Source: Longimicrobiales bacterium (GTDB taxonomy: Bacteria; Gemmatimonadota; Gemmatimonadetes; Longimicrobiales; RSA9). From it: a DNA stretch of 64,000 nucleotides. Position numbers and translations under genes: made by a program. The notes beneath the pieces were generated by a model that did no database searches, had not been told where the DNA came from, and saw only the letters and a program-made list of their open reading frames with translations. The DNA is taken from assembly GCA_036374995.1 (NCBI GenBank), contig DASUSS010000093.1, positions 45,945 through 109,944 of the forward strand, given 5' to 3'. Positions 43,530 to 51,952 of this stretch are shown in pieces. Positions within the stretch are counted from its first letter, which is position 1, and each line of letters opens with the position of its first letter.

Positions 43530-44201
43530 CTAACGGCCAGGCATCCGATCGCGAAGCGCGTCGAAGCCGCTCCGCACTGTGCCCGCTGCTGCACTCATGG
43601 CATTCTCCGCCGTCGCCTTCAGGCCGCCATTGCCGGCGGCACTCTTCTTCGCGGCGGATTTCCGGGAGCCCTTTCGGGCACCCTTGCGGGCGCCCTTTCG
43701 AGCACCCTTCCGAGCCGTCGACTTCCGGGCACCCTTGCGGGCACCCTTACGCGCCGTCGACTTCCGCGCACCCTTCCGGGCGCCCTTGCGAGCACCCTTA
43801 CGCGCCGTCGACTTGCGCGCGCCCTTCCGTGCGCCCTTCCGCGCCGACTTCTTCGCGGTCGAGCGACGAGCCGTCGACTTGCGTGCTGCCTTGCGGGCGC
43901 CCTTACGCGCACCCTTACGCGCACCCTTGCGCGCGCCCTTGCGCGCCGTCGACTTGCGTGCGCCCTTACGCGCACCCTTGCGTGCGCCCTTGCGCGCCGA
44001 CTTCTTGGCGGCCGAACGCTTGGCCGTCGTCCGACGCGCAGCCGTCCGCTTCGCGGCCTTGCGCGCGCCCTTGCGGGCCGTGCGGCGACGTGCCGACTTC
44101 TTTGCAGCGGTCCGCGTCGAAGCCCGGCGGGCTGCCGGCTTGCGACGGGGCTTGGCCTTCGACTTCTTCGCTGCACCCTTGGTGCTACGACGTGCTGCCA
44201 T
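43530..44201 (-). CDS. histone H1-like Lys/Arg/Ala-rich repeat protein (223 aa)
   Basis: Start at ATG 44201 (MAARRSTKGAAKKSKAKP). About 17 GARK tetrapeptide units punctuated by STAR(K). The non-repetitive C-terminus is NGGLKATAENAMSAAAGTVRSGFDALRDRM. Confidence 0.75.
   Translation of the reverse strand: MAARRSTKGAAKKSKAKPRRKPAARRASTRTAAKKSARRRTARKGARKAAKRTAARRTTAKRSAAKKSARKGARKGARKGARKSTARKGARKGARKGARKGARKAARKSTARRSTAKKSARKGARKGARKSTARKGARKGARKGARKSTARKGARKGARKSTARKGARKGARKGARKGSRKSAAKKSAAGNGGLKATAENAMSAAAGTVRSGFDALRDRMPGR
43656..44006 (-). repeat. in-frame 12-nt tandem repeat array (GARK units) inside the H1-like gene
   Basis: The plus strand shows reiterated gcNcccttNcgN units with interspersed gccgtcgacttNcg (recurring GTCGAC). 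Copies differ at synonymous positions. Confidence 0.8.
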
Positions 44202-44394
44202 GTGCACTCCTTGTTGCGGTGGCCGAGTCGACATTCCCGTTCGCTTCCGGCCGCTGGACGCGTCCGTCGGATCCGACGTTCTGCACCGCCCGACTGCACG
44301 GCAATTTCGGAACCGGGTTCCGCGTCGCGCGACACCCATGCGAAGCGAGATGTCGTTTGACAGTGAGAACAGCGTAAACGCACTCGTTCGAAAA

Positions 44395-44412
44395 CACAAG
44401 AACTTTCTTGTG
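44395..44412. promoter_or_regulatory. perfect 18-bp palindrome CACAAGAA-CT-TTCTTGTG in a divergent intergenic region
   Basis: It lies in the only AT-richer patch of the 440-nt gap between the H1-like gene (minus) and the NHL propeller gene (plus). The 2-nt centre favours a dimeric protein site over an RNA hairpin. Confidence 0.3.
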
Positions 44413-44642
44413 CGCTCAAACCCGCGAGCATCGCGTGGCGACTCAGCTTGGATGCATCCGGGCCGACATCGAAACCTGCAAAAGTCGTGTGCGCGGATGT
44501 TCCCGCGGCCTCGCGAGCGTCCCCGTCGGCAGTGCGACGACACCCGTGCTTCACTCTCCGGGCAACCTTTGCGCGGCCCGCGGGATCACACTTCTCCGAG
44601 TCACGCGGTGTGCAGCCGCAGCATCATTCACGGAGGGCAGAG

Positions 44643-45908
44643 ATGACGAACGGCACTCGATGGGCCGTGGGTCTGGCGATCGCACTGGCGACCGCCTCAC
44701 CCGCCGCAGCGCAGCAGACGGTGAGGCTCCCGGCGAAGGATGCAGTCCTGACGGATCGACCGACCGACGTCTATACGGTCGGCACGGTCGAGGGCCGCGA
44801 CTGGGAAATGTTTTCCGACATCCGCGCACTTGGTTTCGACCGCAACGACAACCTGTACGTCCTCGACGGACAGAACTTTCGGGTCGTCGTCCTCGATGCG
44901 CGCGGCAGGTTCGTGCGACAGTTCGGCAAGCAGGGCGGCGGCCCCGGCGAGCTCCAGGCACCCCTGTCGCTCGACGTCGCGCCAGACGGCACGGTCGTCG
45001 TCAGCGACATCGGCAACCGCGCCTTCATACTGTTCACGCCCGCGGGTGAATACATCCGGAACGTGCCGTTCGCCGACGAGCTCGGATTCCCGATCGGCGG
45101 AGTCGTCGCCGACGCCTCCGGCGGCGTGATCTCACGCTCGACGCCGCGCCTGCGACCGGATCAGCCGCCGACGGAGAACGCACGTTTCTCCACCATCCTC
45201 CGACAGAGTCTGGATGGTCCCGACGCGCAGGTCACACCGCTCTATCGCGTGCCGATGACACCGCCCCGCGTGCTCGATGCCGGCGGCTCGGGCGGTCAGC
45301 GACGCGTCACGGCGATCAGGATGGACCCGGTGTTCGGCGCGCGTCCGACGTTCGGCGCACTGCGTGATGGGCTGGCCGTGCATCATGAGACGGAGTACGG
45401 CATCCGCATCCTGGACGCGAATGGCCGCCACGTGCGCACGCTGGCGCGTGACTTCGAGCCGAGGAAGGTAACGAAGAAGGATCAGGAGGAGTGGCAGAAG
45501 CGACGCGAGCAGGAGGAAGCGAATGGCGGGGGCCCGCGCACCGTCATCATGTCGCGGTCGGACGGCGCGAGCCCGTCCGTCTCGATCGGCCGCGGCGGCA
45601 ATCGCGGGCCGGGAACGGAGACGCTGCGCATGACGCTCGAAAACACGCCGTTCGCGGAATACATGTCCGTGGTCACGTCGATCCGCACCGATCCGCAGGG
45701 CCGCATCTGGGTGCAGCGGCGGCACGCCGACGGCAGTGCGGCGGGTCCGATCGACCTCCTCATGCCGGACGGCCGCTACATCGGGACGCTCGCGCCACAG
45801 CCGCTGCCGAACGCGGTGAGCGCATCGGGCCTCGCCGCGTGGATCCTCACGGATGAGCTCGGCGTGGAGAAGGTCGCCGTACGGCGTCTGCCGTCATCGT
45901 GGCGCTGA
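44643..45908 (+). CDS. secreted NHL-repeat / six-bladed beta-propeller protein
   Basis: Start at ATG 44643 (MTNGTRWAVGLAIALATASPAAAQQ, signal peptide). NHL-like blades DNLYVLDGQNFRVVVLDARGRFVRQFG and DGTVVVSDIGNRAFILFTPAGEYI. Confidence 0.75.
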   Translation: MTNGTRWAVGLAIALATASPAAAQQTVRLPAKDAVLTDRPTDVYTVGTVEGRDWEMFSDIRALGFDRNDNLYVLDGQNFRVVVLDARGRFVRQFGKQGGGPGELQAPLSLDVAPDGTVVVSDIGNRAFILFTPAGEYIRNVPFADELGFPIGGVVADASGGVISRSTPRLRPDQPPTENARFSTILRQSLDGPDAQVTPLYRVPMTPPRVLDAGGSGGQRRVTAIRMDPVFGARPTFGALRDGLAVHHETEYGIRILDANGRHVRTLARDFEPRKVTKKDQEEWQKRREQEEANGGGPRTVIMSRSDGASPSVSIGRGGNRGPGTETLRMTLENTPFAEYMSVVTSIRTDPQGRIWVQRRHADGSAAGPIDLLMPDGRYIGTLAPQPLPNAVSASGLAAWILTDELGVEKVAVRRLPSSWR

Positions 45909-45933
45909 TGCGGGCGCCGACGGGCAGATACAC

Positions 45934-45961
45934 GCGCGTACGCGTGAGAGCGCGTACGCGC
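45934..45961 (+). terminator. GC hairpin from duplicated palindrome GCGCGTACGCG (terminator-like, or an operator)
   Basis: 11-bp stem 45934-45944 / 45951-45961 with loop tgagag, 26 nt after the propeller gene stop. No U tract. Each half is itself self-complementary (CGCGTACGCG). Confidence 0.35.
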
Positions 45962-46223
45962 TCCGAGCCTGCCGCGGAGTCGCGTCCCGATCCGACTGCG
46001 GGCCGATGCATGGCCCCGTGGGACACCACCGTGCCTTGCGTAAGCTTGTGATTTCCTACACCTTGAGGGCGGTTGCCGCGGCACGCGTTCCCTGCCCTCG
46101 CAGGCCGCTCCAGGACACGATCGATCCAATCCCGTACGCGGACCGTGGAGCCGACGCCCCGGCACCCGGACCCTGGCCGGCCGGCACCTTCCCGGCCCTC
46201 TCCCGCTCTTCAGGACATGCCGC

Positions 46224-47417
46224 ATGAGAGTCTCGAAACGAGTTGTCATCGCAGCGGCGGTACTGCTGGTACTGTCCCTGTCGGGCATCGGCGTGTATCT
46301 GCGCATCAGCGATCACCGTGAAGCGTCCGCCGAGACCCCGCAGCAGTCCGATGGCGACCTGCCGGCGAACTCCGCGGCGGACGCGTTCAGCACGGACCTC
46401 GCGGTTGCTGTCGAGGGTGCGGAAGTGGTCCGCGACACGCTCGTGCTCACCGTGGATGGGAACGGCGAGGCGGCGTCCTGGCGGCAGACTGCACTGCGGT
46501 CTCAGGTGAGCGGGCAGGTCCGCGCGGTGCGGGTCGTAGAGAACCGCGCGGTTGCGCAGGGCTCCGTCCTGATCGAGATCGATCCGACCGAATACGGCCT
46601 CGCGCTCGAGGAGGCGCAGGCGCGGCTGCGTCAGGCGGAAGTCGCCTACCGGGAGACGATCCTGGGTGATGACCGCATAGAGGACCCGCGGGTGCGGGCG
46701 GAGCGCGACAGTGCCGCGCGCGCGCGCAGCGGCCTGGACGCGGCACGCGTCGCGGTGGCACGCGCGGAGAACGATCTGCGCCGCACCCGGATCGCCGCGC
46801 CCTTCGCCGGGCGGATCGCGAACCTGAAGGTGGTGCCCGGGCAGTTCGTGAGCCCGGGAGACGAGCTGCTGACGGTGCAGTCGATGGATCCGATTCGCGT
46901 CGACATCAACGTCATGGAGGGCAGCATCGGCTACCTCGCCGCGGGGCGCACGGCGCGCGTGACGTTCTCCGCCTTCAAGGGCGAGGTGTTCGCGGGTCGT
47001 GTCGAGACGATCAATCCGGTAGTCGAGCAGGAATCGCGCACGGCGCGCGTGAGTCTCTCGGTCCGAAATCCCAACGGCCGGATCCTGCCCGGCATGTTCG
47101 CCCAGGCGGCCCTGCCGGCGCAGCGGTTCCCCGACCGCATCCTGGTGCCGCGCCAGGCGGTGCTCGAGCGCGACGTCGACCGGCGCCAGCTCGTGTTCGT
47201 GTTCGAGGGCGAGGGCGACCGCGGTCGGGCGAAGTGGCGGTACGTCACGACGGGTCTGAGCAACGCGGAGTACGTCGAGATCGTGGAGAATCCGGATACC
47301 GAGATGCTCGCGCCGGGCGAGATCGTGCTCGTCGCCGGTCACTACACGCTCCAGCACGACATCCCGGTTCGGCTCGTCGACAACGTGGTGCGGGCCGAGG
47401 GAGCGAGGCCGCAATGA
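46224..47417 (+). CDS. efflux RND periplasmic adaptor (MFP/HlyD family)
   Basis: N-terminal anchor VVIAAAVLLVLSLSGIGVYL. The lipoyl/beta-barrel blocks RIAAPFAGRIANLKVVPGQFVSPGDELLTV and MFAQAAL are typical MFP. Confidence 0.85.
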   Translation: MRVSKRVVIAAAVLLVLSLSGIGVYLRISDHREASAETPQQSDGDLPANSAADAFSTDLAVAVEGAEVVRDTLVLTVDGNGEAASWRQTALRSQVSGQVRAVRVVENRAVAQGSVLIEIDPTEYGLALEEAQARLRQAEVAYRETILGDDRIEDPRVRAERDSAARARSGLDAARVAVARAENDLRRTRIAAPFAGRIANLKVVPGQFVSPGDELLTVQSMDPIRVDINVMEGSIGYLAAGRTARVTFSAFKGEVFAGRVETINPVVEQESRTARVSLSVRNPNGRILPGMFAQAALPAQRFPDRILVPRQAVLERDVDRRQLVFVFEGEGDRGRAKWRYVTTGLSNAEYVEIVENPDTEMLAPGEIVLVAGHYTLQHDIPVRLVDNVVRAEGARPQ

Positions 47418-48766
47418 TCGGGGCGCGGCACACGGCCATGCTCGCAGCGCTGCTGGCCGGCGCGCTGCCCGCGTCGGCCCAGCAGGCGCCCACGGTGCTG
47501 ACGCTCGACGAGGCGCTGCGCATCGCGCGCGGTGCCAATCCGGAGTTCCTGCGGAGTGCCAACGATCTGGATGTGGCCGGGAGCGCCGTCCGCTCCGCGT
47601 GGGGTGCGTTCCTGCCGAACCTGAGCACGTCGATGAGCTTCAGCGGTTCGCGCTCGACGACGCTCGTCGGTACGGATCCCTTCGGTGACCCGTTGCCGTC
47701 GCCGCAGCCGGTGACATCGAAGCGGAGCTCGGCCAGCCAGGGCGTGAGCACGTCGCTGACCCTGTTCGATGGCGGCGCGACATTGCGGAACCTCCAGGCC
47801 CGGCGTGCGGCGTTCGCCGGCGTGGATGCCCTGATCCGGGTGCAGGCCGTCCAGCTGGAGGCGCGCGTGGCGCGCGAGTACTTCCAGGCCGTGCGCGCGC
47901 TGCGCACGATCGCGCTCGAGCAGACGCTGCTCGCCTCGGCGCGCGAGCGGCTCGACCGGACGGAGGCGCTGCTTCGACTGGCCGCGCGCAATCGGGAGGA
48001 CGTGCTCGGGGCGCGTGCCGACGTGGCGCAGGCGGAGCAGAACATGGAACGGGCGCGCGGCGAGGCCGACAAGGCGCGGCTCACGCTCGCCGCGACGCTC
48101 GGGATGGATCCCACGACGAGCATCACGGTCGACACCGTGCTGCCGGCCGTGTTCGATCCGGCGGAGCTGGATGTCGAGGCGCTGGTCGCGAACGCGCTCG
48201 CGAGCAGTCCCATCGTCCGGCAGCGCGACGCGGCACTGCGGTCCGCGAAGTACGGCGCGTCGGCTGCGCGCGGCCGGCGGCTGCCGAGCATCCGGGCGAG
48301 CGCAGGCTACAACCGCGGCGTATCGGCGACCGGCTATGAGGCGTTCGGCGATCTCAATCCCGACAAGAACTACGGCTTCAGCTTCGGCCTGAGCTTCGAC
48401 CTTCCGCTGTTCAGCCGGTTCCAGACATCGGATGCGATCGAGCAGGCGGACGCTGCGGCTGCGGATGCGCAGCACGAGCTGCGCAGCGCGCAGCTCGCGG
48501 TGGAGCGGGACGTGCGCGCGGCCGTGATCGACCTGGAGAACGCGCACCGGACGCTGCTCCTCGCCCAGGAACAGGTCGAGTACAACCGCGAGCGGCAGCA
48601 GCTGGCACAGGACCGCTATTCGCTCGGCGGCTCGGACTTCATCACGCTCCAGAACGTGATCGACCGGACCGCGGAATCGGAGCGCCAGGCGGTCGAGGCG
48701 CTGTTCGGCTTCATCAACGCCCGCATCGTCCTGGAGGAGAAGCTCGGCCACCGACTGGAGCGCTGA
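47414..48766 (+). CDS. TolC-family outer membrane efflux protein
   Basis: Start at ATG 47414 (ATGA overlap with the MFP stop). Signal MLAALLAGALPASAQQ. LTLDEALRIARGANPEF and the duplicated coiled-coil/beta pattern are typical of OMF proteins. Confidence 0.85.
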   Translation: MIGARHTAMLAALLAGALPASAQQAPTVLTLDEALRIARGANPEFLRSANDLDVAGSAVRSAWGAFLPNLSTSMSFSGSRSTTLVGTDPFGDPLPSPQPVTSKRSSASQGVSTSLTLFDGGATLRNLQARRAAFAGVDALIRVQAVQLEARVAREYFQAVRALRTIALEQTLLASARERLDRTEALLRLAARNREDVLGARADVAQAEQNMERARGEADKARLTLAATLGMDPTTSITVDTVLPAVFDPAELDVEALVANALASSPIVRQRDAALRSAKYGASAARGRRLPSIRASAGYNRGVSATGYEAFGDLNPDKNYGFSFGLSFDLPLFSRFQTSDAIEQADAAAADAQHELRSAQLAVERDVRAAVIDLENAHRTLLLAQEQVEYNRERQQLAQDRYSLGGSDFITLQNVIDRTAESERQAVEALFGFINARIVLEEKLGHRLER

Positions 48767-48769
48767 GCC

Positions 48770-51700
48770 ATGTCGCTGCCCGGGCTGTCGATCAGCCGGC
48801 CGGTCGCCGTGGCGATGTTCTTCATCGCCGTCGTCTTCCTCGGCGTCATCTCGTTCACGCGCCTGCCCGTCGATCTCCTGCCGGACATCGCGTACCCCAG
48901 GCTGGTCATCTATACGGGCAATCCTGACACGGGTCCCGCCGAGATCGAGCGGTTCATCACCGAGCCGATCGAGGCGGCCGTCAGCCGCGTCCCCGGCGTG
49001 GAGCATGTCGAGAGCGTGAGCCGCGAGGGCGTCTCCATGGTCGTGCTGCGCTTCGCGTGGGGCACGGACATGGACTTCGCCGCACTGAACGTGCGCGAGA
49101 ACCTCGACGGGCTGCGCGGCTCGCTGCCCGAGCGCGCCGAGCGGCCGGTCGTGCTGCGAACGGATCCGCGCAGCGAGCCGATCATGTCGATCAGCGCGGC
49201 TGCCGAGATGGACCTGTGGTCGCTGAAGGATCTCACGGAGACCGTCTTCCGGCGGCGGCTCGAGCAGATCGATGGAGTGGCGGAGGCGGCGATCACGGGC
49301 GGCCTCGAGCGCGAGATCCACGTGGATGTCGATCCGACGCTGCTCCAGAGCTACGGCGTGACGATCGACCAGATCGCGACGGCACTGGCCGCCGCGAACA
49401 CGAGCGCGCAGAGCGGCACGATTCGCCAGGGCCGGTTCCGCTACGCGCTGCGCACGCTGGGCGAGCTGCAGACCGTCGAGCAGATCGGCGGCATTGTGAT
49501 CACGCAGCAGAACGCCGAGGGTGGGCCCGGCGGCCGCATCCTGCTGCGCGACCTGGCCACGATCGAGGACGGCTTCCGCGAGCGGGAGTCGATGGCGCGC
49601 TACAACGGCCGTGAGGCGATCGGCCTGCTCGTCTTCAAGGAGTCCGGCGCGAACACGGTGCGCGTGGCCGAGCGCGTCGAGGAAGTCCTCGCCGAGCTGC
49701 GCGAGGAGTACCCGCTCGTCACGGCCGACATCGCGATGAGCCAGGCCGGCTTCGTTTCCAGCGCGATCGCCAACCTGATCCAGGAGATGATCCTCGGCGC
49801 AGTCCTCGCCTTCCTGGTGCTGATGGTGTTCCTGCGCGATCCCCGCTACCCGATCGCGATCTCGCTGGCAATCCCGATCTCCGTCATCGCGACGTTCGGC
49901 CTGTTCCACCTCTCCGGAGTGTCGATCAACATCATGAGCCTGGGCGGGCTCGCGCTCGGCATCGGCATGCTCGTGGACAACTCGATCGTCGTCATCGAGA
50001 ACGTGTTCCGGCACCGCGAGAAGGGGCTCGGCGCCGCGGCGGCGGCGGCGCTCGGCACGAAGGAGGTGCAGCGCGCCATCACGGCTTCCACACTGACGAC
50101 GATCGCCGTGTTCGGGCCGATCATCTACGTCGAGGGCGTGGCCGGCGAGATGTTCGCCTCGCTCTCCTTTGCCGTCGCCTTCTCGCTGCTCGCGAGCCTC
50201 GCGGTCGCGGTCACGCTGCTGCCTACCATGGCCGCGCGCTGGACCGGCCCCGTGAACCCATCCGGTGGCTGGTTCACCGTCCCGTTCCGCCGGCCGCTCG
50301 ACGCGTTCGACCGCTTCTGGGACCGCGCCGCGGACACCTACCAGGGATCGCTCGACGCCGCGCTGCGTCACCGCACCCGTGTCCTCGCCGCATCCGTGCT
50401 GCTGCTCGCGCTCGCGATTCCGATCGCGCTCACGCTGCCGCGCAGCGTGCTGCCGGACGTGGACCAGGGCGAGTTCCGTGCGCGACTCGAGCTGCCGCGC
50501 GGCACGCCGCTCGAGCGGACGGCGCAGATCGCCACCCGCCTCGAGCAGCTCATCCGCGAGGACGATGCGGTGGACGCCGTCTTCTCCCGCATCGGCAGAC
50601 AGGCCGCCGTGGTCGGCATGGACGAGGAGAACAGCGGCCTGAACACGGCACTGCTGGAGGTACGGCTGCACGAGGGCGAGCGCACGTCCGACGTGCTGGC
50701 CCGGTTACGGCCGAAGCTCGCCGGTCTGCCATCGGGCAGCATCGCGCTCGAGACGGGACAGGCGACGGCTCTGGGCCGGCTGCTCGGCGCGGGCGAGGCT
50801 GACCTGGCGGTGCGGATCCGCGGCGAAGACACCGACTCCGCGATGGCGTACGCCGCGCTCGTCGCGGAACGGATGCGCGACGTCCCGGAGGTCACGAACG
50901 TGCACGTCGGCGTGGAGCTCGGTCAGCCGGAGTTCATCGTGGAGATCGACCGCGAGCGCGCGGCCGCGTTCGGGATCAACCCGACGGAGATCGTGACCGT
51001 GATCGAGAACGCGATGCGCGGCAGAGCGGCCGCCAATCCGTTCGTCGCGTTCGACCGGAAGATCCCGATCATCGTTCGGCTGCCGGACGAGGAGCGGCGA
51101 TCGCTCCAGACGCTGGACTTCCTGACCGTCCGTGGCGTGCCGGTGCGCGAGCTGATCCGCATTCGTGAATCCGTCGGCCCCGTCGAGATCCCGCGGCTCG
51201 ATCAGAGCCGTGTGATTCCCGTCTATGCCGACGCTGCGGGCCGGGATGTGGACGCCGCCGTCGGCGCCGTCGAGGCGACGCTCGCGCCGACCCCGCCGAC
51301 TCCGCCCATGCGCTTCGAGATCGGCGGCGAGAACGAGGAGATGCGTCGCAGCTTCCGCGAGCTCACGTTCGCGTTCCTGCTGGCCCTGCTGCTCGTCTAC
51401 ATGATCCTGGCCGCCGAGTTCGAGTCCCTCGTCCAGCCGTTCACGGTCCTGCTCAGCGTGCCGCTCGGTCTCATCGGCGCCATCCTCGCGCTCTGGCTGT
51501 TCGGCGCCGGCATCAATACGGTCTCGCTCATCGGCATCGTCATTCTCGTCGGCATCGTCGACAACAACGCCGTAGTCATGATCGACTTCATCAACCATGC
51601 CCGCAGCGAGGGGGCGTCGGTCCACGATGCCATCCTCGAGGCCGGACGCGCGCGGCTCCGGCCCATCATCATGACCACGATCACCACGATGCTCGCGATC

Positions 51701-51952
51701 ATGCCCATGATGCTCGGGCTCGGTGCCGGCGCGGGACTCCAGGCGCCGCTCGCGATCGCCGTCTTCGGCGGCCTGTTCACGGCGACCGCACTCACCCTCC
51801 TCGTGATTCCGGTCGTCTACGAGAGTATCGCGACGGCGCAGGCCCGGCTGGCCCGCCGGCGTGTGCCCGTTCACCATACCGGCGCGCAGCGTCCCGCGGC
51901 CGGACCGGCGCTCGAGCACGAGGCCGCAGGCGGACGCGCGGGGGCCGACTGA
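48770..51952 (+). CDS. RND efflux permease (AcrB/CzcA superfamily), copy 1
   Basis: 1060 aa. MSLPGLSISRPVAVAMFFIAVVFLG. TM4 block GLALGIGMLVDNSIVVIENV. 12-TM architecture with two large periplasmic loops. Confidence 0.9.
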   Translation: MSLPGLSISRPVAVAMFFIAVVFLGVISFTRLPVDLLPDIAYPRLVIYTGNPDTGPAEIERFITEPIEAAVSRVPGVEHVESVSREGVSMVVLRFAWGTDMDFAALNVRENLDGLRGSLPERAERPVVLRTDPRSEPIMSISAAAEMDLWSLKDLTETVFRRRLEQIDGVAEAAITGGLEREIHVDVDPTLLQSYGVTIDQIATALAAANTSAQSGTIRQGRFRYALRTLGELQTVEQIGGIVITQQNAEGGPGGRILLRDLATIEDGFRERESMARYNGREAIGLLVFKESGANTVRVAERVEEVLAELREEYPLVTADIAMSQAGFVSSAIANLIQEMILGAVLAFLVLMVFLRDPRYPIAISLAIPISVIATFGLFHLSGVSINIMSLGGLALGIGMLVDNSIVVIENVFRHREKGLGAAAAAALGTKEVQRAITASTLTTIAVFGPIIYVEGVAGEMFASLSFAVAFSLLASLAVAVTLLPTMAARWTGPVNPSGGWFTVPFRRPLDAFDRFWDRAADTYQGSLDAALRHRTRVLAASVLLLALAIPIALTLPRSVLPDVDQGEFRARLELPRGTPLERTAQIATRLEQLIREDDAVDAVFSRIGRQAAVVGMDEENSGLNTALLEVRLHEGERTSDVLARLRPKLAGLPSGSIALETGQATALGRLLGAGEADLAVRIRGEDTDSAMAYAALVAERMRDVPEVTNVHVGVELGQPEFIVEIDRERAAAFGINPTEIVTVIENAMRGRAAANPFVAFDRKIPIIVRLPDEERRSLQTLDFLTVRGVPVRELIRIRESVGPVEIPRLDQSRVIPVYADAAGRDVDAAVGAVEATLAPTPPTPPMRFEIGGENEEMRRSFRELTFAFLLALLLVYMILAAEFESLVQPFTVLLSVPLGLIGAILALWLFGAGINTVSLIGIVILVGIVDNNAVVMIDFINHARSEGASVHDAILEAGRARLRPIIMTTITTMLAIMPMMLGLGAGAGLQAPLAIAVFGGLFTATALTLLVIPVVYESIATAQARLARRRVPVHHTGAQRPAAGPALEHEAAGGRAGAD

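Noticed and set aside
43439-44646. Three additional long ORFs (312, 355 and 311 aa) across the H1-like repeat region.
   Set aside because: They are alternative frames or strands of the same 12-nt repeat and give Pro/Phe/Arg or Arg/Ala repeats. Only the GARK frame has a sensible start, a non-repetitive C-terminus and a known protein class.
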